Below, piece by piece: positions 18,618 through 28,436 of a DNA stretch of 64,000 nucleotides; position 1 is the stretch's first letter, and every line of letters starts with the position of its first letter. The notes below the pieces were generated by a model. That model did not search any database, had not been told where the DNA came from, and worked only from the letters and a program-made list of their open reading frames with translations. This DNA comes from an uncultured bacterium (GTDB lineage: Bacteria > Fidelibacterota > Marinisomatia > Marinisomatales > UBA1611), in contig CBFIBM010000002.1 of assembly GCA_965660855.1 (NCBI GenBank), positions 1 through 64,000 of the forward strand, read 5' to 3'. A program made the position numbers and the translations under genes.

Positions 18618-21600
18618 ATGAATAACAATATAATAATATCAATTATGCTCATAAGCTTTTTAAATGCGAATGAGATGCCTACAACTCCAAAAGATATAAT
18701 TCAATATGGATATAATTATACAGGAGATTTATACAATGGTAAACGCGAGGGTAGAGGAAAGTATATTTATCAAAATGGTGATGTCTATGATGGAGAATGG
18801 AAAAACGATTTAAAAAATGGGGAGGGAACCTTTACTTTTAAAGAAGATAGTCATACATATATCGGTGAATTTTCTAATGGTTTCTTTGAAGGATACGGGA
18901 CGCTCTATATAATTGGTGGGGAGAAGTATGAAGGGGATTGGAAAAATGGTAAAATGCATGGCAAGGGGACTTATTATTATCCTTTTGGGAATAAATATGA
19001 AGGAAATTGGGTATTAGGTAAAAAACAAGGAAAAGGGACTTACACTTATAGATTTGGGAAGAAGTATACTGGTGATTGGGATAATAATCAAAAACATGGT
19101 AAAGGTTTTTCTTTAGATGGAGAAGGTAATAGCTATGAAGGTGAATTTAAAAAAGGGAAAATGGATGGTTTCGGAACTTATACATTTAAAAGTGGAAATG
19201 TATATATTGGAGGTTTCTCAGAAAATAAAAAAAATGGTAATGGAATATTTAAATATATAAATGGGGATACCTATGAAGGGGAGTTTGTTAATGGTAACAT
19301 GGAAGGCAAGGGGACATATAAATTTTCAAATGGTAATATTTACATAGGTGAGTGGAAAAATGACCAAAGTCATGGCAAAGGTGAATATACTTTCAAAAAT
19401 GGTAATACTTACATTGGTGAATTTAAAAATGGTAAAAGAGATGGTAACGGAAAATTTATTTATCCAGATGGTGAGACTTATGAGGGGAGTTATAAAAATG
19501 GGAAAAAAACTGGATTTGGAATTTTTACATTCAAAAATGGTAATACCTATGAAGGGGATTTTTGGAATGGAAAGAAAAATGGAGAAGGTACATTCTTATA
19601 TCCAAGTGGTAATATATACAAAGGACAGTGGGAAAATGATAAGCGTTCTGGAATTGGGATTTTAACATTTCATGAGGGAGGTAAATATGAAGGTGAATGG
19701 AAATTAGATTTTATGGAAGGTGACGGAACGTATGACTATCCAAATGGAGATGTTTATCAGGGTCAATTTTTAAATGGTAAAATGCATGGGAAAGGCCTCT
19801 ACACATATTCCAATGGAAATGAGTATCATGGAAATTGGTATGAAGATGAAATGAAAGGGAAAGGAGTTTATTCAACGGTAAATGGAAATTATTATGAGGG
19901 TTTTTTTATCGATGGTGAATTAAATGGGTATGGTGTCTATAGGTCTTCACTCGGCGAGACTTATGAAGGCGATTGGATTAATGGAAGAATGGATGGAAAA
20001 GGAGTTTATACTTTTTCTAACGGTAATACATATAAAGGTGACTGGAAAAATGACAAAAGAACTGGTTATGGTATATATCATTATACGAATGGAGATATTT
20101 ATGAAGGCTTGTTTGTAAATGGTAAGAGAAATGGTAAAGGTACATTCAAATATAAAACTAACGATCTTTATAAAGGAGATTGGGTAGAAGGAGTAATGGA
20201 AGGGCAAGGATCTTTTTTTTATAAAAATGGCGATATCTATGAAGGAGAATGGGTCAATAATATAAAGGAAGGAGAGGGTACTTACGCTTATGCTGATGGA
20301 AAAACATATCAAGGTTCTTTTATAAGAAATAAGGAAGAAGGTTTAGGGACTCTTACTCATACAGATGGTAAAAGGTATAATGGTTACTGGCTCAATGGTA
20401 AGTTGAACGGTGAAGGAACATTTTTTGATTTAAATGGAAATTCATATGAGGGGAATTGGAAAGATAATCTTTACGATGGTAAAGGTACTTTTAAATATGC
20501 GAATAGAGATATTTATGAAGGCCATTGGAAAGCAGGTTTAATGAATGGTGAAGGAACTTACCACTCTGCTAATGGAGGTAAATATATTGGATCATGGAAA
20601 GATGGATTTAAAAGTGGACATGGAATTTATTTGAGTTCATTGAATGAAAAATATGTGGGAAATTGGTTAAATGGTAAGAGATCTGGTGATGGTGATCAGA
20701 CTTATTCTAATGGTGATACCTATGAAGGTGAGTGGTTAAATGATTTAAAACATGGTAATGGTATTTATACCTTCATAAATCAAAGTTACTATGATGGATC
20801 ATGGGAAAAAGATTTGAAGAGTGGGTTTGGTGAGTTCTCCTATTCTAACGGAGATTTATATCAAGGCGATTGGTCTGATAATAGTCGAGATGGGAATGGT
20901 AAAATGATTTTTAAATCTGGAGATATTTACCAAGGTGATTGGTTTAAGGGGATAAGGCAAGGGACAGGTAAAATAGTATTTATAAATAATAATAGTTATC
21001 AAGGCGAATGGATCGAGAATAAGTTTAATGGTATTGGAACATATATTTTTAGTAATGGAGACAAATATATCGGTGATTGGAAAGATAACCTTAAAGATGG
21101 TCAGGGTACCTTTACGAGTCATGATGGTGATAAATATAAAGGTCTATGGAAGAATAATGAAAAGAATGGTGAAGGAACCTACACAGATAAACATGGACAT
21201 CGCTATACAGGTAATTGGTTAAATGGAAAGAGAGATGGTAAGGGCACATATACATTTGCTGGAGAGAAAAAAGATTTAGGCAACGATAATAAATCACTCT
21301 ATTTTACTGGGAATAGGTATGTGGGTGAATGGAAAAATGATAAGTTTGAAGGCAAAGGAGCTTTCAAGTATGCTAATGGGGATAGTTATGAAGGTCAATG
21401 GAAAGCAGACCTAAGAGATGGATTTGGTATTTTAACCACTACATCAGGAGAACATTATGAAGGTGAGTGGAAGAAAAATTTAAAGGATGGTATTGGTGAA
21501 TTTGATTTTTACAGTGGTGATAGTTATAAAGGAAATTGGGAAAAAGATTTAATGCATGGTAAGGGAGTTATGAATTATAAAAATGGTGATTCATATACAG

Positions 21601-22739
21601 GAGATTGGTTTTCAGGATTAAAACAAGGTATTGGAAAATTTATTTATTCAAATGGAGATGTATATGACGGTATGTGGTTTAATAATCAAAAGAAAGGCAA
21701 TGGTGTTTTTACATATGAGAATGGTGATTTCTATGATGGAGAGTGGCTTGATGATACAAAAAGTGGCAAAGGATCATTTTCAGATATCAAGGGAAACTAT
21801 TTCGTAGGCTTTTGGAAAGAAAATCTAAAATCTGGAAATGGAAAACTTACTTATTCAGACGGTAAAATTTATGATGGTAACTGGGAAAATGATCAAATAA
21901 ATGGTGAAGGTAAAATGATTTATTCCACGGGGGATATATATATAGGAAATTGGCTAAATGGTCAAAAAAATGGGAAAGGGAATTTAGTTTTAGTTGTTGA
22001 CGGTAGTGAATACACGGGAGACTTTAAAAACAACCTGTATGATGGCCTTGGCAAGTATAAAACAAAAATTGGTGATACGTATAATGGTAGTTGGGTTTCA
22101 GGTAAAAAAGATGGTAAAGGTATTTTAACCACTTCATTTGGTGATAAATATGATGGCTCCTGGAAAAATGACTTAAAAAATGGGTTTGGTTACATTATTT
22201 TTTCCGATGGAGAAGAATATAGAGGTCAATGGCTTAATGATATTATTAAAGGTGAGGGAAAATATTTTTTTGTTAATGGAGATAATTGTGAGGGAACATT
22301 TTCAGATGGAAAATTAAATGGACAAGGACTGTTTAATTATAGTAATGGTGATAAATACATTGGATCCTTTGTTCAGGGTAAAAGAGAAGGTAGAGGGACT
22401 TGTGATTTTTCGAATGGTGAGAGATATACAGGAGAATGGAAAAATGATATTATAAATGGTAATGGTGATTATGTTTTTTTAAATGGTAATCATTATGAGG
22501 GAAATTTCAAGGATGGAATTATGGATGGTCAAGGTACTTATACATATAAAAATGGGAATTTATATATTGGTGAATTCAAAGATGGAAAGAGAGAAGGTTT
22601 AGGTGTTTTTACTTATGAAAATGGGAATAAATATATTGGTGAGTTTAAAGATGGGACTATGGATGGACAGGGCACTTTTACATACCCCAATGGTGATAAA
22701 AATGTAGGAGTTTGGAAGAACGGTAAACCGATTAATTAA
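18618..22739 (+). CDS. Giant exported MORN-repeat protein
   Basis: Signal peptide (...SFLNA), then 57 complete repeats of consensus YeGeWkngk.nGkGtytysnGd. (23 aa) and a partial 58th; no other domain. Confidence 0.92.
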   Translation: MNNNIIISIMLISFLNANEMPTTPKDIIQYGYNYTGDLYNGKREGRGKYIYQNGDVYDGEWKNDLKNGEGTFTFKEDSHTYIGEFSNGFFEGYGTLYIIGGEKYEGDWKNGKMHGKGTYYYPFGNKYEGNWVLGKKQGKGTYTYRFGKKYTGDWDNNQKHGKGFSLDGEGNSYEGEFKKGKMDGFGTYTFKSGNVYIGGFSENKKNGNGIFKYINGDTYEGEFVNGNMEGKGTYKFSNGNIYIGEWKNDQSHGKGEYTFKNGNTYIGEFKNGKRDGNGKFIYPDGETYEGSYKNGKKTGFGIFTFKNGNTYEGDFWNGKKNGEGTFLYPSGNIYKGQWENDKRSGIGILTFHEGGKYEGEWKLDFMEGDGTYDYPNGDVYQGQFLNGKMHGKGLYTYSNGNEYHGNWYEDEMKGKGVYSTVNGNYYEGFFIDGELNGYGVYRSSLGETYEGDWINGRMDGKGVYTFSNGNTYKGDWKNDKRTGYGIYHYTNGDIYEGLFVNGKRNGKGTFKYKTNDLYKGDWVEGVMEGQGSFFYKNGDIYEGEWVNNIKEGEGTYAYADGKTYQGSFIRNKEEGLGTLTHTDGKRYNGYWLNGKLNGEGTFFDLNGNSYEGNWKDNLYDGKGTFKYANRDIYEGHWKAGLMNGEGTYHSANGGKYIGSWKDGFKSGHGIYLSSLNEKYVGNWLNGKRSGDGDQTYSNGDTYEGEWLNDLKHGNGIYTFINQSYYDGSWEKDLKSGFGEFSYSNGDLYQGDWSDNSRDGNGKMIFKSGDIYQGDWFKGIRQGTGKIVFINNNSYQGEWIENKFNGIGTYIFSNGDKYIGDWKDNLKDGQGTFTSHDGDKYKGLWKNNEKNGEGTYTDKHGHRYTGNWLNGKRDGKGTYTFAGEKKDLGNDNKSLYFTGNRYVGEWKNDKFEGKGAFKYANGDSYEGQWKADLRDGFGILTTTSGEHYEGEWKKNLKDGIGEFDFYSGDSYKGNWEKDLMHGKGVMNYKNGDSYTGDWFSGLKQGIGKFIYSNGDVYDGMWFNNQKKGNGVFTYENGDFYDGEWLDDTKSGKGSFSDIKGNYFVGFWKENLKSGNGKLTYSDGKIYDGNWENDQINGEGKMIYSTGDIYIGNWLNGQKNGKGNLVLVVDGSEYTGDFKNNLYDGLGKYKTKIGDTYNGSWVSGKKDGKGILTTSFGDKYDGSWKNDLKNGFGYIIFSDGEEYRGQWLNDIIKGEGKYFFVNGDNCEGTFSDGKLNGQGLFNYSNGDKYIGSFVQGKREGRGTCDFSNGERYTGEWKNDIINGNGDYVFLNGNHYEGNFKDGIMDGQGTYTYKNGNLYIGEFKDGKREGLGVFTYENGNKYIGEFKDGTMDGQGTFTYPNGDKNVGVWKNGKPIN
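18717..22736 (+). repeat. Degenerate 69-bp-period coding tandem repeat array (MORN)
   Basis: Hand count: 33-aa leader + 57 x 23 aa + 17 inserted aa (1+15+1) + 12-aa partial repeat = 1373 aa. Confidence 0.9.
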
Positions 22740-22794
22740 GAATTCTTTATAAATGACATTTTTAAATATTCATTAAGATTAAAAAGGATCCGAT

Positions 22795-23637
22795 ATAAAA
22801 AGTTACATATTAATTATTTTATTCCTTCTTTTTAGTTGCTTTAATGGACCTAAAAATAGCATTGACATTGAACAAAATATTTATAGCGGGAATAAAATAT
22901 ATATAACTGAATTGGATAATAGATACAAAAAAACAAAGAACTTTAATAAAGTATGGATGGGCTATTTTTCAAATAAATATAAACCACATTATCAATTACA
23001 AAATAAATATTTTACAGTTCTAGGAATAAAAAAAAAATATAAGAGTTTATTCGTTATTATTAAAGATGAAAACGGTAAACTTTTTAAAAAGAATATAGAA
23101 TCAGATGAGAAAATGAATTGGCCAAGCTATATTATATCTGAAATCGAAATAAATAAAGCAAAAAAAAATATTGGGGAGACAATTTGGCTTAATGACGTAT
23201 TTGATCTTGAAAATTTTTATAATGTGAACGAGTATAACTTTTCTAAATTTGAAGCTGTAGAAGTAGTTGATGTAGTTTTCAGGCAAAATAGTGAAATTGG
23301 TTTCCCAGTCTGGCTAGAAGTTAAATCTAATCAAGGTGCAACTGGTTTTATACGATATGGTGGTGGTGAGGGCCGTGCAGGATTTAAAGATCATTATTTT
23401 ATAAATGATCCAATACCACCATTAACAGATAAAAAAGTAATTGAAAATATACTGAATAATCAGGTTATACTTGGAATGTCTGAGAGACAATGTCGTGTTG
23501 CAATTGGAAACCCCTCAATAATAAATAATACTTCAAGTAGACATGGTATTGGGAAGCAGTATATCTATGAAAAAACTAATGGTGAAAAGAGTTATCTTCA
23601 ATTTGAGTACGGTAAATTGGTTAACATAAATGAATAG
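22795..23637 (+). CDS. Lipoprotein of unknown function with a C-terminal SmpA/BamE-like module (N-terminus extended relative to the ORF track; ATA start)
   Basis: The frame is open upstream of 22912: ATA-K-S-Y-I-L-I-I-L-F-L-L-F-S-C gives a lipobox, with AAGGA 6 nt upstream; C-terminal ILGMSERQCRVAIGNP...KQYIY...YLQFEYGKLV. Confidence 0.65.
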   Translation: MKSYILIILFLLFSCFNGPKNSIDIEQNIYSGNKIYITELDNRYKKTKNFNKVWMGYFSNKYKPHYQLQNKYFTVLGIKKKYKSLFVIIKDENGKLFKKNIESDEKMNWPSYIISEIEINKAKKNIGETIWLNDVFDLENFYNVNEYNFSKFEAVEVVDVVFRQNSEIGFPVWLEVKSNQGATGFIRYGGGEGRAGFKDHYFINDPIPPLTDKKVIENILNNQVILGMSERQCRVAIGNPSIINNTSSRHGIGKQYIYEKTNGEKSYLQFEYGKLVNINE

Positions 23638-25522
23638 TATACTTAAAATAAATATTTTTTCAATATTTTCTTTAAAAGTTAATATGTTTTTTATTTCCAT
23701 ATTTTCACAGGTATATGCTATAGAATTTGATTCACTTGATTATTATGGAAAGTTTAATTTTGCGATTGAGTCATATAAAAATAAGCGTTTTAAACTTTCA
23801 GAGGATCAATTTAAATCTATTCTAATTAATGATAGAGATTATATAGATCCAGCAGCGCAATTAATGATTGCGAAGTCACAGTTGAAACAGGGTGAATTAC
23901 AAAAATCAAAAAGAACATGTAAATCTCTATTATCTTCTTATTCTAATTTAGCCTATGAGTCTGAAGGATTAATTTTACTTGGAGATATTGCTCTTATTGA
24001 GGAGGAATATACAATAGCTTTTCAATATTTTATTTCTGCTAGGAATATTTCAATTCAACCTTTAATTCATAACCAGATAGATAAAAGGATTCTAAGATGT
24101 ATAGGTATGGGAATAAATGAGAGTCTTATAGAAAAATTACTTTTTAAAGAGGATGACCCTACTAAAAGATGCATCATTAATTTAACAAGGGCTTATTATT
24201 CTTGGATAAGTGGAACTTATGGAAGTCTTAAAGAGGATTTGGATGCAATTGAAACTAAACATTTACCAGAAGAATATTCTGCTCTCTACTATAATTTATC
24301 CAACGTAGATAGAAAAAAAATAAAAAAAAACCATACAATAGCAGTAATCCTTCCATTGAGTGGACCCCATAAAGAAAAAGGCGAGTCTTATCTCCTCGGG
24401 TTATCCGAAATGTTAAATTCAAAAGAAAATTCAAATCAAATAAGATTTGTAATATATGATAGTAAAGGTTCTGGAGCTAAGACTCTTCAAATAGCTAAAA
24501 GTATTAAAAGAAAAAATAATACTTCTGTGATATTGGGTCCATTGACAAATGAAGAGGTTTTTAGCTTGAGCGGGTTGGATTTAAATATTCCGATACTGGT
24601 ACCTATCCCCGCACCACAAGATTTGCCTAAAATTTCAGATAACTTATATTTTTTATCACCCTCAAAAAAATCTTTAGCAGAGCTTAATGCGAAAATGATG
24701 ATAAAAGAAATGGGGTTTGATAAAATTGCAGTGTTGTCACCTGCTAATAATGAATATAAAGAGGAAACAGATCATTTTATTAATACATGCTATCAAATGG
24801 GTGTTGATCCAGTTGCGATTGAGTGGTACTTAGAAAAACCTATTAATATATCAAAGCAATTAAAAAGTATAAGAACCGCTGCATGGAATCTTATTGAAAA
24901 AGACAAAGTTAACTTAGAAGAAAGAAATTTAAAAATAGATAGCCTAGATGCTTTATTTGATGTTGATGTAGCAGATTTTTTTGAACTACCAAAAGAAAAA
25001 GAGGAAGCCTTAAGTAAGAGTGATTCTTCAAAAATTATACTTGAAACTATACAGGCTATTTATATGCCAATCCGTGAGGAAGAATTAAAATACATTGGCA
25101 CACAATTTCCAGTTTATAACTTAAAAACTACAGTATTTGGGAATGAGAATTGGCTTGATATGAAATTATTAAATGAAGAAGTAATAGGTCCACATGTACA
25201 ATCAATGAAAATAATATCAGATATTAATTCACCCATTCATGGCGGATCCCAACAAAGGTTTGAAAATTTTAGTTCATTAGCATATGATCATTCTAATTTT
25301 ATTAAAGATGTATTGGTAAAAAGTAATTTTAAAAAAAAGAAAATATATAAACAATTGCGGAGCCATCCTTTTTTTCAGGGAAAATATAGTTCTATTAGTT
25401 TAAATGGAGAAAACAAGAACGAAAATTTTTCTTCACAAATTCTTGAATACAAAGATAAAAATCTAAAAACATTAGGTATTTATGATGGTGAAAATTATCA
25501 GATCAAAAAAACAGATGAATAA
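23630..25522 (+). CDS. TPR plus periplasmic-binding-fold protein (LpoA/LppC-like or ABC substrate-binding-like)
   Basis: Hydrophobic N-terminus, TPR-like helices, then IAVILPLSG...YDSKG...ILGPL type I PBP fold. Confidence 0.7.
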   Translation: MNSILKINIFSIFSLKVNMFFISIFSQVYAIEFDSLDYYGKFNFAIESYKNKRFKLSEDQFKSILINDRDYIDPAAQLMIAKSQLKQGELQKSKRTCKSLLSSYSNLAYESEGLILLGDIALIEEEYTIAFQYFISARNISIQPLIHNQIDKRILRCIGMGINESLIEKLLFKEDDPTKRCIINLTRAYYSWISGTYGSLKEDLDAIETKHLPEEYSALYYNLSNVDRKKIKKNHTIAVILPLSGPHKEKGESYLLGLSEMLNSKENSNQIRFVIYDSKGSGAKTLQIAKSIKRKNNTSVILGPLTNEEVFSLSGLDLNIPILVPIPAPQDLPKISDNLYFLSPSKKSLAELNAKMMIKEMGFDKIAVLSPANNEYKEETDHFINTCYQMGVDPVAIEWYLEKPINISKQLKSIRTAAWNLIEKDKVNLEERNLKIDSLDALFDVDVADFFELPKEKEEALSKSDSSKIILETIQAIYMPIREEELKYIGTQFPVYNLKTTVFGNENWLDMKLLNEEVIGPHVQSMKIISDINSPIHGGSQQRFENFSSLAYDHSNFIKDVLVKSNFKKKKIYKQLRSHPFFQGKYSSISLNGENKNENFSSQILEYKDKNLKTLGIYDGENYQIKKTDE

Positions 25523-26222
25523 CAATCAATTTATATCCTTTTCATCGCAATTTTCAAATCCAAATATTTCTGCATTTTTCTCAAATAAAAATTTTTCAAA
25601 ATTAAAAAACAATACTAGAAATAATTTTGCAAATCTCACAGGGCTAAATGGTAAATTAATTATTCCCAAACAAACTCATTCGAATATATTATACTTTGCT
25701 CAGAATGGAGGTAAGATAGATAATTGTGATGGTGTATTTTCAAGTGATAAAAATTTGATTTGTTCAATTCAAGTTGCGGATTGCATGCCTATCTATTTTG
25801 CAAATAAATTTTTGAATGTTTATGGCATAATACACGCTGGATGGCGCGGGCTTGTAAATAATATAATTCTTAATGCTGGAGATTTAATTATAAAAAATAA
25901 TTATATACTTGAAGATTTTGAAATTATAATTGGTCCGTCTATCCAAAAATGTTGTTTTGAAGTAAAATCTGATATTATCAATAAATTTAATAAAAAATTT
26001 GTTATAAAAAAAAATAATGGAGGTTTTTTGATTGACTTACAAGGTAATGCTTTTAGTGAACTACATAATTTTGGATTTAAAAAACAAAATATTATAATTG
26101 AAAATGAATGTACGTTTTGTAATTCAGATTATTATTTATCTTATAGAAGAAATAAACGAAATAATGGTAGAATGTATGGATTAATCGGCGTAATGAAAGA
26201 TAGAGGATATTTAATTTCATAA
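25515..26222 (+). CDS. pgeF: PgeF/YfiH family purine nucleoside phosphorylase (laccase-like domain)
   Basis: QTHS, DG, VADCMP, HAGWRG, IGPSI..CCFEV, CTFC, SYRR...GRM. ATG 25515 is preferred over 25482. Confidence 0.9.
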   Translation: MNNNQFISFSSQFSNPNISAFFSNKNFSKLKNNTRNNFANLTGLNGKLIIPKQTHSNILYFAQNGGKIDNCDGVFSSDKNLICSIQVADCMPIYFANKFLNVYGIIHAGWRGLVNNIILNAGDLIIKNNYILEDFEIIIGPSIQKCCFEVKSDIINKFNKKFVIKKNNGGFLIDLQGNAFSELHNFGFKKQNIIIENECTFCNSDYYLSYRRNKRNNGRMYGLIGVMKDRGYLIS

Positions 26223-26224
26223 AT

Positions 26225-26983
26225 ATGAATATTCTTGAAAGTATCATATTGGGTTCAATACAGGGAATAACAGAATTTTTACCAATTAGTAGCTCAGGAC
26301 ATCTAATCATTTTTCAATCACTATTAAATGTTGAGCAACCTGGTAATGATTTTGAGGTATTAGTTCATTTAGGCACATTGGGAAGTGTGATCTTTGTGTT
26401 TTACAAAGATATATTCGATTTAATAAAAAATATTCAATTAAAAGAATCTCAAAATTATATTCAGATGATAGTCTTAGGAACGATTCCAGCCATAATTATA
26501 GGTTTATATTTCAAAAGTCATATTCATATTTTATTTGAAGGTATAAATAATGTAGCAGTTGCATTAATTTTCACAGGAAGTGTTTTGATCGCAACTTTTT
26601 TTATTAAAAGAAAAGATTATAAAATTTCATTTAAAACAGCATTTTTTATAGGCATTGCTCAATCTATTGCTATCATTCCAGGTATTTCTAGAAGTGGTAT
26701 GACTATAAGTGCTGCTATGTTATTTGGTTTATCATCAAAAAATGCAGCTAGGTTTTCTTTTATGCTTGCAATACCAGCGATAAGTGGTGCAGGAATTCTT
26801 ACTTTAATGGATGTTAATGGAGGTTTTAATTTACCACCTGTAATCATTCTAAGTAGTTTATTGAGTTCATTTGTAGTTGGAATTCTTTCATTAAAATTAT
26901 TATTAAATCTACTCTCTGTAGGCAAATTTCATTTTTTCGGATTATATTGTTTATTTATCGGACTAATAACTTTGATTAATTAA
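26225..26983 (+). CDS. uppP: Undecaprenyl-diphosphate phosphatase
   Basis: QGITEFLPISSSGH and PGISRSG. Confidence 0.96.
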   Translation: MNILESIILGSIQGITEFLPISSSGHLIIFQSLLNVEQPGNDFEVLVHLGTLGSVIFVFYKDIFDLIKNIQLKESQNYIQMIVLGTIPAIIIGLYFKSHIHILFEGINNVAVALIFTGSVLIATFFIKRKDYKISFKTAFFIGIAQSIAIIPGISRSGMTISAAMLFGLSSKNAARFSFMLAIPAISGAGILTLMDVNGGFNLPPVIILSSLLSSFVVGILSLKLLLNLLSVGKFHFFGLYCLFIGLITLIN

Positions 26984-26984
26984 T

Positions 26985-28436
26985 ATGGGATTAATTGAGT
27001 TAATATTTATTTGTTATGTACTAATACTACTTATAACTGGACTTTTTGCATTTAATTTAAATAAGACTCAAGAAGATTATCTTTTAGCAGGTCGTCGTTT
27101 AGGTCCTTGGGTTACTGCTTTTTCTGAACGAGCTTCCGGAGAATCTGCATGGTTGTTACTAGCATTGCCTGGAGCAGTAATAACTGTAGGTATAAGTATA
27201 AGTTGGAGTATAGTTGGTATAATTTTAGGAATAATAGCATCATGGTATTTAATAGCTGAAAAGTTAAGAGACGAAACTGCGAAGTATAATGCTTTGACAA
27301 TACCAGATTATTTAAATAAACGCTTTGATGATGATACAAATATTATACGTATTTTTTCATCGGTTATTATAGCATTCTTTTTCCTTTTTTATGTCTCTGC
27401 GCAGCTTCATGCTTCAGGAAAAATTTTAAATTCACTTTTTTTAATTGATCCTTATATGGGTATAACAATAGGTGCATTTGTCATTATTTTTTATACCTTG
27501 ATGGGAGGTTTTACAGCGGTTGCATGGACAGACCTTTTTCAAGGTTTTTTGATGATTGGGACTTTAATAATCCTTCCAATTACTGGTTTCATTGAAGTAA
27601 AAAGCTCTGGAGTAAAAATTTCTGAAATTTTAGCTATGGCATCTTCTGTTTTTGAAAATAATAATGATTATTTGTTTAAAAACGAGAATTTTATTGGTGG
27701 TGTTTTTATTGCTTTATCAGGGATCAGTTGGGGTTTTGGTTACCTAGGACAACCTCATCTTTTAATTAGATTTATGGCAATAAAGAGTTCAAAAGATATT
27801 AGGCTGGCAAGAAGGATAGCGATTGCATGGGCTTTCCCAGCAATCATAGGAGCATTTTTTGTTGGATTGGTTGCTCTTCTACATTTTGGACCATCATTCT
27901 TTTTAACGGTTGATGCAGAAAAAGCAATGCCGATTTTAACAAAATATTTAATGCACCCAGTAATTGCTGGTCTTTTTATTTCTGGCGCTGTTTCAGCAAT
28001 GATGTCTACAGCAGATTCGCAACTTTTAGTGTCCTCCTCTGCTGTAACCGAAGATCTTTTATATAAATCTCGGTTTAAAAATAGGTTTAGAGGAAACCCC
28101 GTAGCTATTAATAGGATCGTTGTAATAATAATAGGAATAATTGCATATGGTATCGCAATTTTTTCTGAATTAAAAAGTAAAAGTATTTTTGGAATTGTAA
28201 GTTACGCTTGGAGTGGTCTTGGATCTGCTTTTGGCCCAGTCTTATTATTATCTCTTTGGTGGAAAAAAATAAATAGGAATGGTGCGTTGGCTGGAATATT
28301 GACTGGATTTTTTGTGACTATTTTATGGTCAAATATTTCATTTTTTAGTAATATTATTACTGAAAGGTTCTCAAGTTTTGTTCTGTCTTTTATTTTAACT
28401 ATTCTAATCAGCATTTACTATCATGATAAAAATTAA
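26985..28436 (+). CDS. putP: Sodium/proline symporter (SSS family)
   Basis: YLLAGRRLGPWVTAFS, GYLGQPHLLIRFMA, MSTADSQLLV, YAWSGLGSAFGP. Confidence 0.85.
   Translation: MGLIELIFICYVLILLITGLFAFNLNKTQEDYLLAGRRLGPWVTAFSERASGESAWLLLALPGAVITVGISISWSIVGIILGIIASWYLIAEKLRDETAKYNALTIPDYLNKRFDDDTNIIRIFSSVIIAFFFLFYVSAQLHASGKILNSLFLIDPYMGITIGAFVIIFYTLMGGFTAVAWTDLFQGFLMIGTLIILPITGFIEVKSSGVKISEILAMASSVFENNNDYLFKNENFIGGVFIALSGISWGFGYLGQPHLLIRFMAIKSSKDIRLARRIAIAWAFPAIIGAFFVGLVALLHFGPSFFLTVDAEKAMPILTKYLMHPVIAGLFISGAVSAMMSTADSQLLVSSSAVTEDLLYKSRFKNRFRGNPVAINRIVVIIIGIIAYGIAIFSELKSKSIFGIVSYAWSGLGSAFGPVLLLSLWWKKINRNGALAGILTGFFVTILWSNISFFSNIITERFSSFVLSFILTILISIYYHDKN

Noticed and set aside
18618..22739. CRISPR array, diversity-generating retroelement or PIP5-kinase interpretation of the repeats
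   Set aside because: The repeats are in-frame degenerate coding units with no spacers; no cas, reverse transcriptase or kinase domain is present.
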